A stretch of DNA of 64,000 nt from Octopus vulgaris (GCA_951406725.2 OX597815.1:149792001-149856000); one strand, 5' to 3'. Positions 1 to 14,169 are shown, counted from the first letter of the stretch. The notes: generated from the letters alone by a model not told the origin. Program-made: numbers and translations.

Positions 1-137
1 TCTACCCATACTCTTCCTTCACCTCTTACTCTTCCTTCTCCTCTTACTCCTCCTTCTCCGTCTTCCTATTCTTTATCCTCGAGCCTTCTCCTCTTACATC
101 TCTTCATGATCTGCACCATAATCATCATCATCATCTT

Positions 138-180
<43 letters not shown>

Positions 181-434
181 GGCGCAAGCTTCAATATAGT
201 CATCGTCATGATGACCACAATCATTACAATCATCAAACCATTGCCCCCATCATTACCACCACCATCGCTATCACTATCATAATTACTGTCGTCATTGTTG
301 TTTCGATGGTGGTGACCACCATCATCATCATCATCATTATCGTACGCACAACTATTAACAGTGGTAACAGCATATCTCCCCATCATCCTCAACGTCGTCA
401 TTACCATCCTAATCACCCTTCTCCTCCTCCTACT

Positions 435-476
<42 letters not shown>

Positions 477-520
477 AATCATTTTCATCATTATCATTAT
501 CGTGGTCGCCGTCATCGTCT
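1..520. repeat. Low-complexity (CTT/CCT)- and (CAT)n-rich simple repeats
   Basis: Runs of catcatcat at about 120-180 and 437-475 explain the poly-M, poly-H and poly-I ORFs. Confidence 0.95.
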
Positions 521-999
521 ACACCTTTCATAAACGCTATTATAAGCGCTTCACTATCCCGTAAATGAACGCAGTACAATTGAGGAAGAATTTTTTTTTT
601 AAAAAGCAAGAAACAATTAAAAAAAAAACACAGCAGAGAGAGAGAGAGAGAGAGAATAGAAGGAAAGAAGGAAATAAAGTAGGGAGCACAATCAATAAAA
701 TTCAGAGAGCAAAAATTGAAAAATTAGAAAGAAAAAACAATTAGCGTTATAAGATTTATTGATTTTCATTGCTACGTAGGAAAGTATTGCACCAAATACC
801 GAAGAACGTTAATAAATATATATAAAAAAAGAGCAGAATTATATTAGAGAAATATATAAATAAAATGTAATAATATAAAATAAATAGAAAATAACACAAT
901 CATATTGGAAACGTTCTGTTTTACGCCATGTATGGTGAATTGTTAATTCTAAATAATACATGACATAGGAAGAGAAATATAGCTTAGAATGAAAGTGAA

Positions 1000-1084
1000 A
1001 ACAAAACACGCACATACACATACACACAGGCTCACACTCACACACACTCACACACATACACCACGTACACACGACGCACAAACA

Positions 1085-1123
<39 letters not shown>

Positions 1124-1525
1124 GTATGTATGTATGTATACATACACATACGCAAAAACACAAGTACACACACATATACAAACTCAGATATATATACAAA
1201 CACACAGGCACACCTACATCCACATACACAAACACACGCAAACGCTCACGTACTGAAGCGCACAAGCACATGCGAACACATATACGTATGTGCACAAACA
1301 CAAATAGAGAAACACATACGCACATTTGCACACACAAACATACGCACGCGTACACATACATATACACACGTACGTATTACAGAGAACGCATAAATACAGA
1401 TGCTCATGCATACACGCTTACACAAACACGCACAAACACACACTCACATATACTCATACACAAACGCATATACATACGTACATTTACACACATACACGAA
1501 AACATAGTTACACACACACATACAG
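1000..1525. repeat. Degenerate (CA)/(TA) microsatellite field
   Basis: Alternating purine-pyrimidine runs giving HT/YI/CV-type ORFs. Confidence 0.9.
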
Positions 1526-1835
1526 AGAAAAGGGTTTGTGTCCGTTTGAAAGAATAGTGAAATGATGAAAAATAGACGGAAAAAAAAGAAAAAAAAATAT
1601 ATAAAAAAGAGTATTTAAAAAAATATATTCTAGATTACCGAAAATAAAGCAAATATCAGTATGCGAATGTGCATGTGGAAGGAAAAATCCTTAATTAGTG
1701 TTTCTTAAAATGTATTTTAGATTTAATACTGGATTTTTCAATTTAATTGTATTTACTTTTATTTTTTTCGTTTCTAAATTTATATTAATGAGTAACAGCA
1801 GTTTTTATATTTATCATCACTATTGTTTTCATCGC

Positions 1836-2350
<515 letters not shown>

Positions 2351-3900
2351 TCTTAATTTAAACCATTCATTCAATTGTTTATGATTTGTGTTTCTAGCTT
2401 CCAGCAGTGAATTATATGTCGTACAGAATGTTTTAAATTTTAAGAGACGAAATTAATCAAACTAGCTGGTATAAGATAGCTATCTAATTTGATCTTTAGT
2501 TTTCAGAACGATTAAATTGAAGTATTGCATCTGTCTTCAGTGAATTTACTGCTATATACACACACAAGACTCTAACAGATTATATATTTCTCCCACCGCC
2601 GCCTTCATTCATTATCTCTCACTAATTCTCACTGTTTCACTATCCACTGCTTCTTTCACCTTGTCTTTCTCTTTCGTTCTCGGTCTATCCTTCTCCCTCT
2701 GCTTCTCTCTATTTCTTCTGAATTCGTTGATATTTTACTTAATCCGTACTGTGATAATGACAGTGTAAATCGACGTATATTGTGTCTTCGTTATTTATTT
2801 CCAGAATAAAATAATATACATTTACGCGCCTGCAAGTGCACATTAATAGTTTACAATCACGCACATACACACGCACACGTGCATCACACAAGCATACTCA
2901 TTTACATATAAGCATCAGCTCAAAAGCTCAGCCAGACAAGAAATTACTCGTTTGTTTCATATAAAAAATAAAGCTTACAATGTAGTTTATATATATTACA
3001 TTTTGAAGCGTATTACAAGGAAGGAGATAAACGAAGAATGAGTATTCCATATGAAAATCGGAGCATAATATCCCTGCCTCTGGAGGGGAACCTTTAATCG
3101 CACTACTAACGTTTGTAACTTCAAATCACAAATTTCGTCACAAGTCTATTTTGTCCCGAAAGATATTTCACTAATCAAAATTTTTTTGCTTTGATGTAAT
3201 GTCGAAGAAGGTAGATAATTCTGTTCTAAAATATAGGTAATTTTTATTAACGGAATTGGAAAAGTGGTAAGTGATATATTAGTAGTAGTATTTGAGAGTC
3301 GTACAGAATAAATACCGGTCTTTATTACATGTCTCTGCTCTCTGCGTTCTAATCCTGCTGAAGTAAATTTTGGCATGTTATTCATCCCGTCTGAGAAAAA
3401 AAAATCAATACAAAGCACTGCCTTGGAGAAATTGTAAATAAGTCCTACCGGATTCCTTGCGCTATTTGTTTTTTTTCAGCTTTTCCATTTTAAGTTGAAA
3501 CTCATTATGGCCTATTTGGTAGGCAAAATTGATATGTTACTCGCTAACTTCACAAAATGAGTGGAATTTGGGTATATCTATTAGTGCCCAACCTGTAAAA
3601 ATCACCGAGGCGCAAACTCTAATCGAGGATGCCTTCACGGTAATCGTAGAACCCACATAACGCATAATGGGTACTGCATTTCTTATTGATTATGAGGTCA
3701 AAAAATATATGTTCGATACAAAACCAATAAACAAGATTGATAGATCTCAGTATATGACAATATACGGTCATTTACTGCCATATAAGAAACGAGCTTCAAT
3801 ATTCTAAGTCAGCTACGTACGTACGTGTTCAACACCAATCTCTCGGCGGTTGACTCAAATTTGTAATTGTAAATAAAATATGATGTATAAGTAAATGTGC

Positions 3901-4014
3901 GAAGAAGAAGAAGAAGAAGAAGAAGAAGAAGAAGAAGAAGAAGAAGAAGAAGAAGAAGAAGAAGAAGAAGAAGAAGAAGAAGAAGAAGAAGAAGAAGAAG
4001 AAGAAGAAGAAGAA
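3901..4014. repeat. Pure (GAA)n microsatellite, about 38 units
   Basis: Uninterrupted gaa repeat. Confidence 0.98.
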
Positions 4015-4346
4015 ACAACGATCTGAATACGGAAGTGATACATTATGTGTCGCCGACCCACATTTATAATTCAATGATAGCTTTGGAAGAACTTGAAGCA
4101 AGAGTGTGGTTGAAAAATTTTCATCACTCTTTTTCCCACGCTGTTCCCACAACACTTTCTTTGATGTTGATTTTAATGAAGTTAGTTTTGAAATACCAAA
4201 AGATTTTTTTATGTTATGTAATACATTGTGTTGTAAATAAACCAGTTTTTATTTGTATGTACTGGAAATCATTCTCCTGAACTGTTAAATATCTAATGAT
4301 ATAACTTTTTTTTTTCCTTTTTAATTTTTTAGCTAAGAAGTATGTA

Positions 4347-4814
4347 CCGTAAATCTTCGAGTATAGTCCGCCCTTGAGTATAATGCGCAGGGGAGTTTTA
4401 GGAGGCTGTAGCTATGAAACACTTAAACCTTGTGTATAATACGCACCCCTTCTCTAACTTGAGTCAAGGAGGTCTATATAACATCCTTGGTTTGTAAAAT
4501 TATAGGGTGACGTCCTTTATTATTATTGTATATATAACATAATGCAAACATGTAGCATTTATGTGCATTTTGTTTGCAGAAAATAAAGAAATAACAGTAA
4601 TAACGTTTAATAAATGTTGCTTAATGCAAGTTATGGGTGATTCTTTTATGAATTCATTGCTTTCAACCTGAATAAACATTGACGGACAGCAAATAGAGAC
4701 TCGAATATTGCTTAGAAAATAATTTTCAATTTTAACCTCATGTTTAATACGCACTAGGGATTTTGACCTTTAACTTTTGGGAAAATAATGCGGATTATAC
4801 TCGAGGATTTACGA
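4347..4814. mobile_element. Non-autonomous TIR element (MITE), Tc2/pogo-like
   Basis: Left end TA|CCGTAAATCTTCGAGTATAGTCCGC matches the reverse complement of the right end, TA|TCGTAAATCCTCGAGTATAATCCGC. TA lies on both sides and TAATRCGCA repeats occur internally. CCGTA termini are typical of Tc2-group elements. Confidence 0.8.
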
Positions 4815-5164
4815 TAAGTGTTTATGACCTTTGAATAGTCTTCGAGATTAGTTGGAAAGCGGAGAAAAGTTATCGTCAAACCGGACAGTTGGCTCCAGTA
4901 CTTGTAGCAGCGTAAACTCCACTAAAAGAGAGAACTAATCTAAAACTGGTTTCGACCTATATCAGTTAGAATTTCAAGAGAACGGCTAAATCGGGGCGGT
5001 TGCAAGTGAGAATGGAGGGATCTAAGTTAATTGAAGCACAGGGTGAAGTGGGGGGTTGAGGTAATGGATAATGCTTAGATGACATAAAGGAGAAAAATAT
5101 TTTGAGCAAACGTGATAATACACAGCAAGTTGGGATTAAGCCAGCCGATACTCCTCTCAGTTAT

Positions 5165-5383
5165 CTTTATTTGTTCAAGTTATTAGTCTGCGGCCATGCT
5201 GTAGTGCATCATTGAAGAATTTTTGGTCGAATGTATCAACCCAAGTACTTACATTTTTAATCAGTTACTTATTCTATCGGTCTCATTTCGCCAACAGCTA
5301 AGTTACGGAGGCGTAAACATATGATCACCGATTGTCAAGTGGTCGTAGAGACAACCACAAACACTTAAACACACACACACATA

Positions 5384-5448
<65 letters not shown>

Positions 5449-5839
5449 TTATTATCTTGTTATTATATATATACCAAGAAGATAAATAAAACTTTATTAA
5501 TACATTGATAAAACTTACAATTGTTTCAATTCATCGCCTAATTGCTTATAGTATAAAATCAATCAAATTTTATTTTAGTTAATTCAATCCCTTTGGTTAA
5601 TTATTACAAGTCAGAATATCATCAGGGAAGGGTGTACAAAAGACTTTATATATATCATTATTAAAAAATAATCATTATATATTTTCATTGTTTTAAATAT
5701 AATATATATAAATTTCTTTGTAGGCTCTTCCCTGATGATACACTCGCTAGTAATAATGTGTGTGCATATATCATTAGATATTCAACAAGTCTAATCTTGG
5801 ATATTTTTATCCTTCTGTGGTGTATGTATCCTCAATTGT

Positions 5840-5896
<57 letters not shown>

Positions 5897-6051
5897 GACA
5901 GGATTCTTTCAATTTCCATTTACAAAATCCACTCATAAGCTTCAATCGTCCTGAGGCTAGAGTAGATGACACATATCGAAGATGCCGTGCAGTGGGGCTA
6001 AACCCGAAGCCATGAGGTTGGGAAGCAAACTTACAACATAGCCACTCCTGT
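5165..6051 (-). mobile_element. tRNA-derived SINE family A, split by an insert in its internal (CA)/(TA) tract
   Basis: 5165-5380 matches the tail and 5893-6051 matches the head of the full copy at 30793-31209. Confidence 0.8.
5445..5845. mobile_element. AT-rich insert with divergent hammerhead-like cores (Penelope pLTR-like)
   Basis: Minus strand has CTGATGA (5625-5619) ... GAAACAATTGTA (about 5527-5516). An inverted cttccctgatgata lies at 5727-5740. (TA)n flanks both sides. Confidence 0.5.
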
Positions 6052-6539
6052 CCAATGTGAAGAAAATTATTTTTCAAAATTCTAAATTAACCATTGTGTG
6101 GCTAAAACTTAAAGTAATACATATGGATAATATCTGCAACGAATATCGCAGTAATTTTATGAGTTCACCATCTGTTTATATTAGTTACGATACATCTGTT
6201 TCCATTAGTTATGATACAATGATGGTTATTTTTAACCTAATACTGATATTGTTGCAGTCGTGCAGTTAATTATTACACCGGTGTTCTTTCTTTTTTCTAT
6301 TTTGATAACGATGTATTTCGTCTTAAATGCGGTTATCAATGTGTACATGCTATTGACAAAACCCAACGAAGTATAAATGCGCATCCAGTATTCTCATGTG
6401 TGTCCACGCATAAGAAATGTTATCCCAGAACGATTTTTTTCAGCCTTGAATCCTCCAACGTGGAGTATAGGCCACTTATAATTGAATTCTATGTCACAAA
6501 ATTTTTCGCTTCTGAAGTTATACTCTGCTCTGAATGTCC

Positions 6540-6830
6540 CCCTTTCTCTAGTTCCTTTTGTGTTGATCTACGCCACGAGTTCTGGCCATCTAATTTTAAG
6601 TATACTACGCAAGCAACTTTTGATGAATGATTGTATTTTCTTATTTGACTTAACTGTTGTTCGCCATGTCTCAGCCCCATACAATAACATCGCATAAACG
6701 TTAGTGTTAAACATTTGTAATTTCTTTATTTCTTGAAATTACACTTGCGCTCCATAGCCGTTTTAACAGGTGAAAAACGGTCCTTGCCTTACTTATTCTC
6801 GTCTTAATATCTTCGTCGTTGCCGCCTGAA
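6540..6830 (-). pseudogene. RTE-clade LINE RT C-terminal fragment
   Basis: Manual translation gives DEDIKTRISKAR...MLLYGAETWRTT...CLRSILKIRWP. Confidence 0.8.
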
Positions 6831-7558
6831 AAATCCCGGAAAACCCCAAAACGAATACTGCAGTATATTTGACACTTTGCAATATATTTACATTAAGTAA
6901 AATACAAAGAGAGCAATATGAAATATAACAGAGCGAATGGCAGATTGTCTGAATTTGTTGGTTAATTCACAACTGTGTACAAAAGAAACTGACGATGCTA
7001 AGTGAATGAAACAGTCTTAATAAATCGATGGTTCACTTACACATGAACAGAATATTATTTGACTATCTCTAACAACATATTTATAACGGACTAAGTGTTT
7101 GATATATCAATAAAAGCTGCGGAAATGCCAAGTTCAGATAATAGTGTTTTTACCCTTAAGTAAATATCAACTAACAAATAAATATCTAAATAATTAAATA
7201 AATTATATCCCGCAAAAATTAGAAAGCAGGAATCAAAAATAATATAATATCCATTCTTGGCCCCGGTGTGTACATGACTGCGCCTCTCCTAGTGACTACT
7301 CATGAATATGACGCCGGCAAAGCTAGCAGCAAAGAAGTATAATTGTATTAGTTCAATTATTTAATTGACCGTAAATGAATTGATTTAGCAAATGTAACTG
7401 AAGTATATAGAAACTGAGGGGCAGCAGCAAACATTTTTATATAAACATATACATACACACGTACACATATATACGCGCATGCACTCATACACACACGCAC
7501 ACACACACACAGCACACACACATAGAAACATGCATACATACATACATACATACATACA

Positions 7559-7590
<32 letters not shown>

Positions 7591-7801
7591 CACATACATA
7601 CTCATATATCGTTAGCAAAGATTAAATTTCACTTATATTATTGTGTATAGAAGAGAAAATAAACATGGTCAGAGACAAAAAGCTACTTAACAAGACGAAC
7701 ACACCCTCAAATATTTAGAAGTTTAGAAGTTTAGAAGTTTTATGTGGGAGTGCATATACAGATATATATACATAGATGTAGGTATGACCATGCACCGCAC
7801 A

Positions 7802-7836
<35 letters not shown>

Positions 7837-7839
<3 letters not shown>

Positions 7840-7920
7840 AATCAACAGAATAACAACAGCGCGAAGACGTGATGCATGTAAATTATTAGCAGACGTTCAG
7901 GGAAGGAAAAATCGCAACGA
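7837..7920 (-). mobile_element. Truncated tail related to the 11638-11840 family
   Basis: Reverse complement ttccctgaacgtctgctaataat...cacgtcttcgcgctgttgtt resembles ttcctgagcgtccaataat...cacgtcctctcgttgttgt. (TA)n flanks. Confidence 0.5.
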
Positions 7921-7937
7921 TTCACTTGTGGCTATAT

Positions 7938-8038
<101 letters not shown>

Positions 8039-8130
8039 ATGATTGTAGATCGGATACGAGTGGGTATATATTTGTAAAAAAAGAAGTTTGAAAACGCCAC
8101 TATATTAGATAAATTTTAATTTTCTTAGAA

Positions 8131-8175
8131 ATTTTACATGTTTCGGTTCTTGAAAAAACCAACCTTATCAAAAAT
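8131..8175 (-). ncRNA. Candidate minimal hammerhead ribozyme, U3-A8 core variant
   Basis: AUUU-UUGAUAA-GGUU(12 nt)AACC-GAAACAUGUA-AAAU. Confidence 0.5.
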
Positions 8176-8183
8176 ATTTTAAA

Positions 8184-8341
8184 AAGTTAAGTGTAATAGA
8201 AAAGTTGTTTCTTACTGGTCTCAACAGAATCCATGTGGTGGTGTTTTGTCGGTAGTAGGTATAATAGCTATAAATTTCAAGTTGAGTGTAATAAAAAAGT
8301 TCATAATTGTTTCTTACTGGTCTCAACAGGATCCACGTGGT
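8184..8341. repeat. Two direct repeats of about 55-60 bp
   Basis: ttgtttcttactggtctcaacagratccaygtgg occurs twice. Its minus strand reads CTGTTGAGACCAGTAAGAAAC. Confidence 0.85.
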
Positions 8342-8526
8342 TGTTTTTTAGCTGTCTTATGTGTTCGAATGATCCGCGACTGAAATGGCAGTACCAGCAG
8401 TGACTGTTGGTCGTAGTAGTAGAAACCAATGAGCTGCTGCAACCCCAACCACCACCACGGTTACTACTACTACGACCAACATATGCATCTATCTATATAT
8501 ATATATATATCTATATATATATACAT

Positions 8527-8611
<85 letters not shown>

Positions 8612-8729
8612 TATGTGTGTCTGTGTCTGTGTCTGTGAGTATGTATGTATACGTGTGTGTGTGTATATTTATATATAGATCTATATATATATATATATAT
8701 ATGTATGTATTTGTACGTACGTATTTATA

Positions 8730-8812
8730 TCTTTGTGTGTCTGTGTTTGTCCCTCACCATCACTTGACAATGGTATAAGTCCTGGGGTCGATTTGCTCGA
8801 CTCAAGGCGGCA
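8730..8812 (+). mobile_element. SINE family A fragment
   Basis: taagtcctggggtcgatttgctcgact matches the tail of the other copies. Confidence 0.7.
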
Positions 8813-9469
8813 CCTGAGCACAGTATACAACACTTTCCTTCATTATTGTTATAAATATATATATATTTATTTATTTATATTTTTACATCAGTACCGGTGT
8901 ATAAATTAAACACTCTTTCCACTACAGAACATAGCTATGTATTTTATACCCAGCACAGATTTAGCACTAATGTAAATCACATAATAATCGTAGTCAGGTA
9001 ATAAAAAAAAGAAGAGAATGAAGTGCTGCATATATTTCGTTTCCTGTGGCAACTATCATCAGCAATCGTTTTTTTTAACTCGCCGTGACAAGCACTCTTT
9101 GCACACCCACTAAAGTAAGGGTTTTTGGTAAAATGAGTAGAATGCATTTACGTATTTGACACTTCACTTGAAAGCGAGATTTTATACACGTAGTGTTTAC
9201 ATTCACCCGAAGACATATTATTCGCTGTAAAAATAATTGTTTTACAAACGATACTTGTAGGAATATTTATCTTTCAGAATCAGACACATCCTTGTTTCTT
9301 TTAATCATGAGCAACGCAGTGAAACAATGAGTGTCTCACTTCGAATCTGTAAGTAATAATACGTCACTTCAGAATATATAATATAAAACCAATTGTGTGT
9401 GGGTTTGTATGTGTGTGCGCGCGTGGGTTGTAGTATGATGACGTGATTAGGCTTATTGTGTAAGCAAAA

Positions 9470-9680
9470 GGAATATAACATCATCCTTCTCTACTCTACT
9501 TTTGTCCGACTCCACCTTGAGTACTGTCGCCCACTGTGGTTACCCCATGCGAAACAACTCATTATGAAATTAGAAGCACTCCAGAGGTCCATAACAATAA
9601 AGATAGACGTCATGAGAGGCATTGATTATTGTGGTAGACTGAAAAAACTCAATCTCTACTCTCTCCAACTCTGCTGGGAG
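9470..9680 (+). pseudogene. CR1-clade LINE ORF2 C-terminal fragment
   Basis: LYSTFVRLHLEYCRPLWLP...KLEALQR...RLKKLNLYSLQ follows the CR1 LVRPHLEYC...LERVQR pattern. Confidence 0.85.
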
Positions 9681-10467
9681 TGATTTACTAATGTCACAAG
9701 ATTGTATACATTATACATTTTTGCACTGGTGCTACTTAAGACAAGAAAAAGATGTGAGGTCACTAATTCGTTCGTTTGAGCCATCAAAGATAGTTGTTAA
9801 AGTAACTGTGGCTTCGTTATTTAAAACTGTCACGGTTGTGTGAACAAGACTTGTGGCAATTGGTAGCAATCAAGACTGTCTGAATTTTATCCATCAAATA
9901 TAATGGGGGAGAGATGCGTGATTAATAACTTTTATAGGTTATACTGCTACATCCGTGCGTTTATATGTTTTGCACTGAAACTCAAGGTTGGTACGGGTGA
10001 ATGAACATGTCTACTGACAGTCCCAAAATGAAGTTAACTAAATTTGAGCCGAGTGGCAGAGTGGACAGACGTTTCTATGTAGTCTTGTGGTTGATTAGTA
10101 ATGGTTTGGTTTATATATGCTGGCATCAAATTTAGCTATTAAATGTCTTTTTTCTAATCAATCAACACTTATGTACATTCAGAATGTGCATGTTAGTAGT
10201 TGACACGACGATACTTACTATATTGTCTAAAAGAACAAAATATTTTCGTCTATATGTGTTCTTTTCTTATGATTTTTACATGCTTTTGACCAAATCCAAC
10301 TAGGGTTTGTTTTGTTTGGCTTGTTATATGTAACTGTCACCATTTAAACTCGCATCAGTTTATGCATAGATAATCATTAAACTCAATCGTCCACAACAAA
10401 TCATGCAAATAAATACATGATTCTGAAGAAATGATGCTTTAGCTTCTGTTTTTGACACTATGAAAAC

Positions 10468-11005
10468 CGAAGTGCTCCAGAGATCAATGACACAAAAAAC
10501 TAAATGATATGACAAGACTTGACTACTGAGACCGAGTCACAATGCTCAGGCTTTACCACCTCCAATGCCGCCGTGAGCGCTATATCATCTGTATGATGTG
10601 GAAAATATTCCATCAACATTGCCCAAATGATATAGGTATCATCTTTAAAATTCATCCTAGGTTTGGCCCCAGTGCCATCCGTCCACGACAGAAATCATGC
10701 TTGTCTCGAACCACAACACTACAACAGAACTATTTCACCTCAACTGGCCCTACTCTCTTCAGCATCGTGCCAGTTCACATAAAGGAGGAAAGGGATTTCA
10801 CGGCATTCAAACGGTCCCTAGATGATTAGCTCCAACAAATACCAGACAAAACACCCACGCCCGGATATGTCTCTGAAAACAATAATTCTCTGTTCGAATG
10901 GGCTATGGTGCCCAAGAGCTGACTGTGTATCTCCTCTAGGTGGTGCTATGAAATTAGACATGGCCTGGACTAACTTTGGTCGAAACTTATTTAAGTAATC
11001 TAAGC
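10468..11005 (+). pseudogene. CR1-clade LINE 3-prime end
   Basis: LYHLQCRRERYII...TGPTLFSIVP...FKRSLDD*LQQIPD. The tail ggtggtgctat...ctttggtcgaaac is shared with the copy at 26060. Confidence 0.85.
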
Positions 11006-11580
11006 AATCATATATTAATGGTCATATATTACATAATATAGCAATTCTCATGAGGAAGATTTTTGATGAAACAATCATAAATTAATGAAATGGAATAATT
11101 TGCTCACACCATTATCCTTACTTAAATTTGTAGAAACTTTGCGGATTTCGTAGATTTTCGGGCATGGTAGAAATAACAATCATCGGATTACCATCTCACA
11201 CCTGGACCGGTGTGTGTGCCTACTAAGGCTGACTCCAGGATTAAAACCTGAATGAGATTACTCTATGTGTATGTGCCAACGCATGGGTACAGACACATAT
11301 ATACATGCACAGACACAGACACATATATATATATATAATATTGACATTATGGAAGGTCTTTATTGTAATAATAACCCCACGCACTAGTTCTATTTCACTT
11401 CTTTTAGTTTGCTTCTTCAACCAGTTAGCGTAATGACATCCCCACGATACAACAAAATCTCCTTCAACTCAATGTGATATCAAGAATCTTGTAAACTAAA
11501 TAATGCAAAAAAAATTATACGTCTTATAGTTACATATTTGTGTATACGTGTGAATGTGCATGTGGCACTGCATGCATGTG

Positions 11581-11613
<33 letters not shown>

Positions 11614-11637
11614 CGGTCTTTCAATATGTGACCTCGT

Positions 11638-11840
11638 GAGTACCACTAGCGATTTTTTTCCTCTGTCTTCCCTTCTCGGGATCTTTCCTTCTCCTATGTT
11701 TCCGACGAAGAGTTCCGCTCGAAACGTTAAACCCTCCTTCTTCCCTTCTTTCCTGAGCGTCCAATAATACTTTATTTGTTCCACGTCCTCTCGTTGTTGT
11801 GTTTTTTTGTTTTTTTGTGTGTTTTCTTGTTTGGATTAAC
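11638..11840 (+). mobile_element. Short non-autonomous element with hammerhead-like core (CCGACGA variant, 11698-11732)
   Basis: GUUU-CCGACGA-A-GAGU(UCC)GCUC-GAAACGUU-AAAC. A second copy lies at 51044-51232. The element ends in (TA)n. Confidence 0.7.
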
Positions 11841-11857
11841 TATATATATATGATAGA

Positions 11858-12025
11858 TTGGTCGCCATTACACATTCTTTATTGTTTCTTTGTGTTCTTT
11901 CTGTGAGAGAGCGTAGGCTCGAAACGCTAAAGGCTTTTTCAATTCCCGAGCGGTAAACTAATACATCTGTTTGTTGTCTACACCACCTGTTTCGGCCTTT
12001 GTTTTTTTTTTGTGAATTCTCCCTA
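11858..12025 (+). mobile_element. Related short element with degenerate hammerhead core (11897-11932)
   Basis: CUUU-CUGUGAG-A-GAGC(GUAG)GCUC-GAAACGCU-AAAG. Stems I and II are intact but the core is mutated. (TA)n flanks. Confidence 0.55.
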
Positions 12026-12026
12026 C

Positions 12027-12080
<54 letters not shown>

Positions 12081-12241
12081 ATGTATGTATATATGTATGT
12101 ATGTATGTGTGTGTGTGTGTATATATAAGGATAAGATCGTTATTTAAAATACCGATCGAATCAAGTGACTTGCATTGCCATAAAAACCTCATAGATAATA
12201 AATATAATAATAATTATAATAAAGGATATCTAGAAGATACC

Positions 12242-12422
12242 ATCATACTAGAGACAGCAGTCAAAACTTAACTGTAAACCACATCAAATATTCATACAGT
12301 ACCAGGAGAGAAGACAAACAGACAAAATAAACTAGCAAAACATTATTGTCATCTCTCCTGGAGCTTATTGAATATTTGATCTGATTTTAGAGTCAAGTTT
12401 TGACTGCTATCTCTAGCATGAT
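12242..12422. repeat. Imperfect fold-back inverted repeat (arms about 75-80 bp)
   Basis: atcatactagagacagcagtcaaaactt... pairs with ...aagttttgactgctatctctagcatgat. Confidence 0.85.
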
Positions 12423-12450
12423 ACCATTTTAAATATAATCATTATACGTG

Positions 12451-12488
<38 letters not shown>

Positions 12489-13984
12489 TGCTTACTTTAT
12501 GGTAAATTGTTATACACCATTCGAATGTTGTGTTTTGTTTTAAAATAGTTGTTAGCGGCAGCAGGGAACATACAAGTGGTTTTGTAATAAAAATTAAGTT
12601 TATGTGAAGATTTATGCTCCATGAGATCTGTTTCCATATGAAAGACTTCTCTCTAGTTTATTCTTAGCTAATTTGAAGTTAGTAGATCTATTTTGAGAGG
12701 AAATATCACCTGTAATTTTCTTATACCTGGCATTAATATGGATATTGATGTTTGTGGTTTATTCTTCCAGTTTTTCTTGTTTGATCATCGTTCCATCTGT
12801 TGCCTTTTTACCCAGCCATTTTCTCTTATTCGGCCGATTGTGCTTACGATTGAATTTCTCAATGTATAATTCCCCCTTTATGTTTTTTAAGATGTCAGAG
12901 ACTTTTTTCATGAATATTTGAACTCTGATTCTTACGGTCCGAGCAACTCGGTAGAAACTCTTCCTTTAATCAACCAACTAAAGATCAGACGCTGTTTTCT
13001 ATCAAAGACAGAAAAGAAAGTTGGAAAGCGTCTCCATAAAAGTGTATTATAAATGTGATAGTTGTTTTATCGTTTGTCACACTCAAGCAGAAAGCATTAT
13101 AAAGAATATTTTAACAGCATTGATCAAACCTATAACTGTATGTTTATATGTTTCTCTCTTTCTCTCTTTAATTTTCTCACATTTTTATGCATTTCGTCAA
13201 TAGTTTTTCCTTTTATCTATTCATCTTTGTATTTAACAGGTCAATATCCACATACCAAATATTTTCTTTTACATGCCTATATAGTTTTATTCTACCTGCT
13301 CTTTCCCTTCTTCGCATTCTAAATTTTAGTTGTTTTTGTCTTATTTTCATGTATGGCATCTTCATTTCTATCATCAATACAAACATTCTCACCCATTACC
13401 ACATCTTTATCATTCCGCACCTTCTCATTTTACATCATCTCCCTCACTATTATTCCATTTCTTCTCCTTCTCTTTATCAACCCCCACCCTTTCTCGTTCC
13501 AACCCCCACACAAAATTTTTACATATTTCTCTCCATTGCTTTACACCTCGATAAACAGATCTGATATTTTCTTTCAGATTGATCAGCTACATATATATAC
13601 ATGATTCTTCCCTTGGTATGAAACAATATTGGAATTCGTGCCAAAAATCAGTTAGTTTAGCAAAGAAATTGTGCCAAACTTTGACAAGAATTGCCTGACA
13701 ACACTAGGAACATTGCAGGACTTGCCAGGTGATGCTATATATTCTATATGCATGAATAAATGAAATATAAACAGCCTCTTCACTCTAAAACATTGAAGTG
13801 AAACTATTTCCATGTTTCCTCAGGACAACTATTACAGAAAATACAATGTTACTGAAAAAGACAAAACTGAAAAATTAGCGAAACAAAAATTGCTAAATAT
13901 AAATTGAAAATATTTATATCTTGTTGGAGAGGATAATAGATAGTCTACAAAATGTGTTGATTTGTCAATGTATGAAATCTAGGA

Positions 13985-14041
<57 letters not shown>

Positions 14042-14169
14042 TACATACAAAAATATATACCAATGGGCAGATAGATACATAGATAAATAGATAAATTGAT
14101 TGATTCATAGATACATGGACAGAAAGACAGGCAGGCAGACGGACAGACCAACAGACAGACATACAGAAA

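Noticed and set aside
6989-7016. CTGACGA...GAAACAGTC hammerhead-like core
   Set aside because: Stems I and II do not pair convincingly, so it is decayed or chance.
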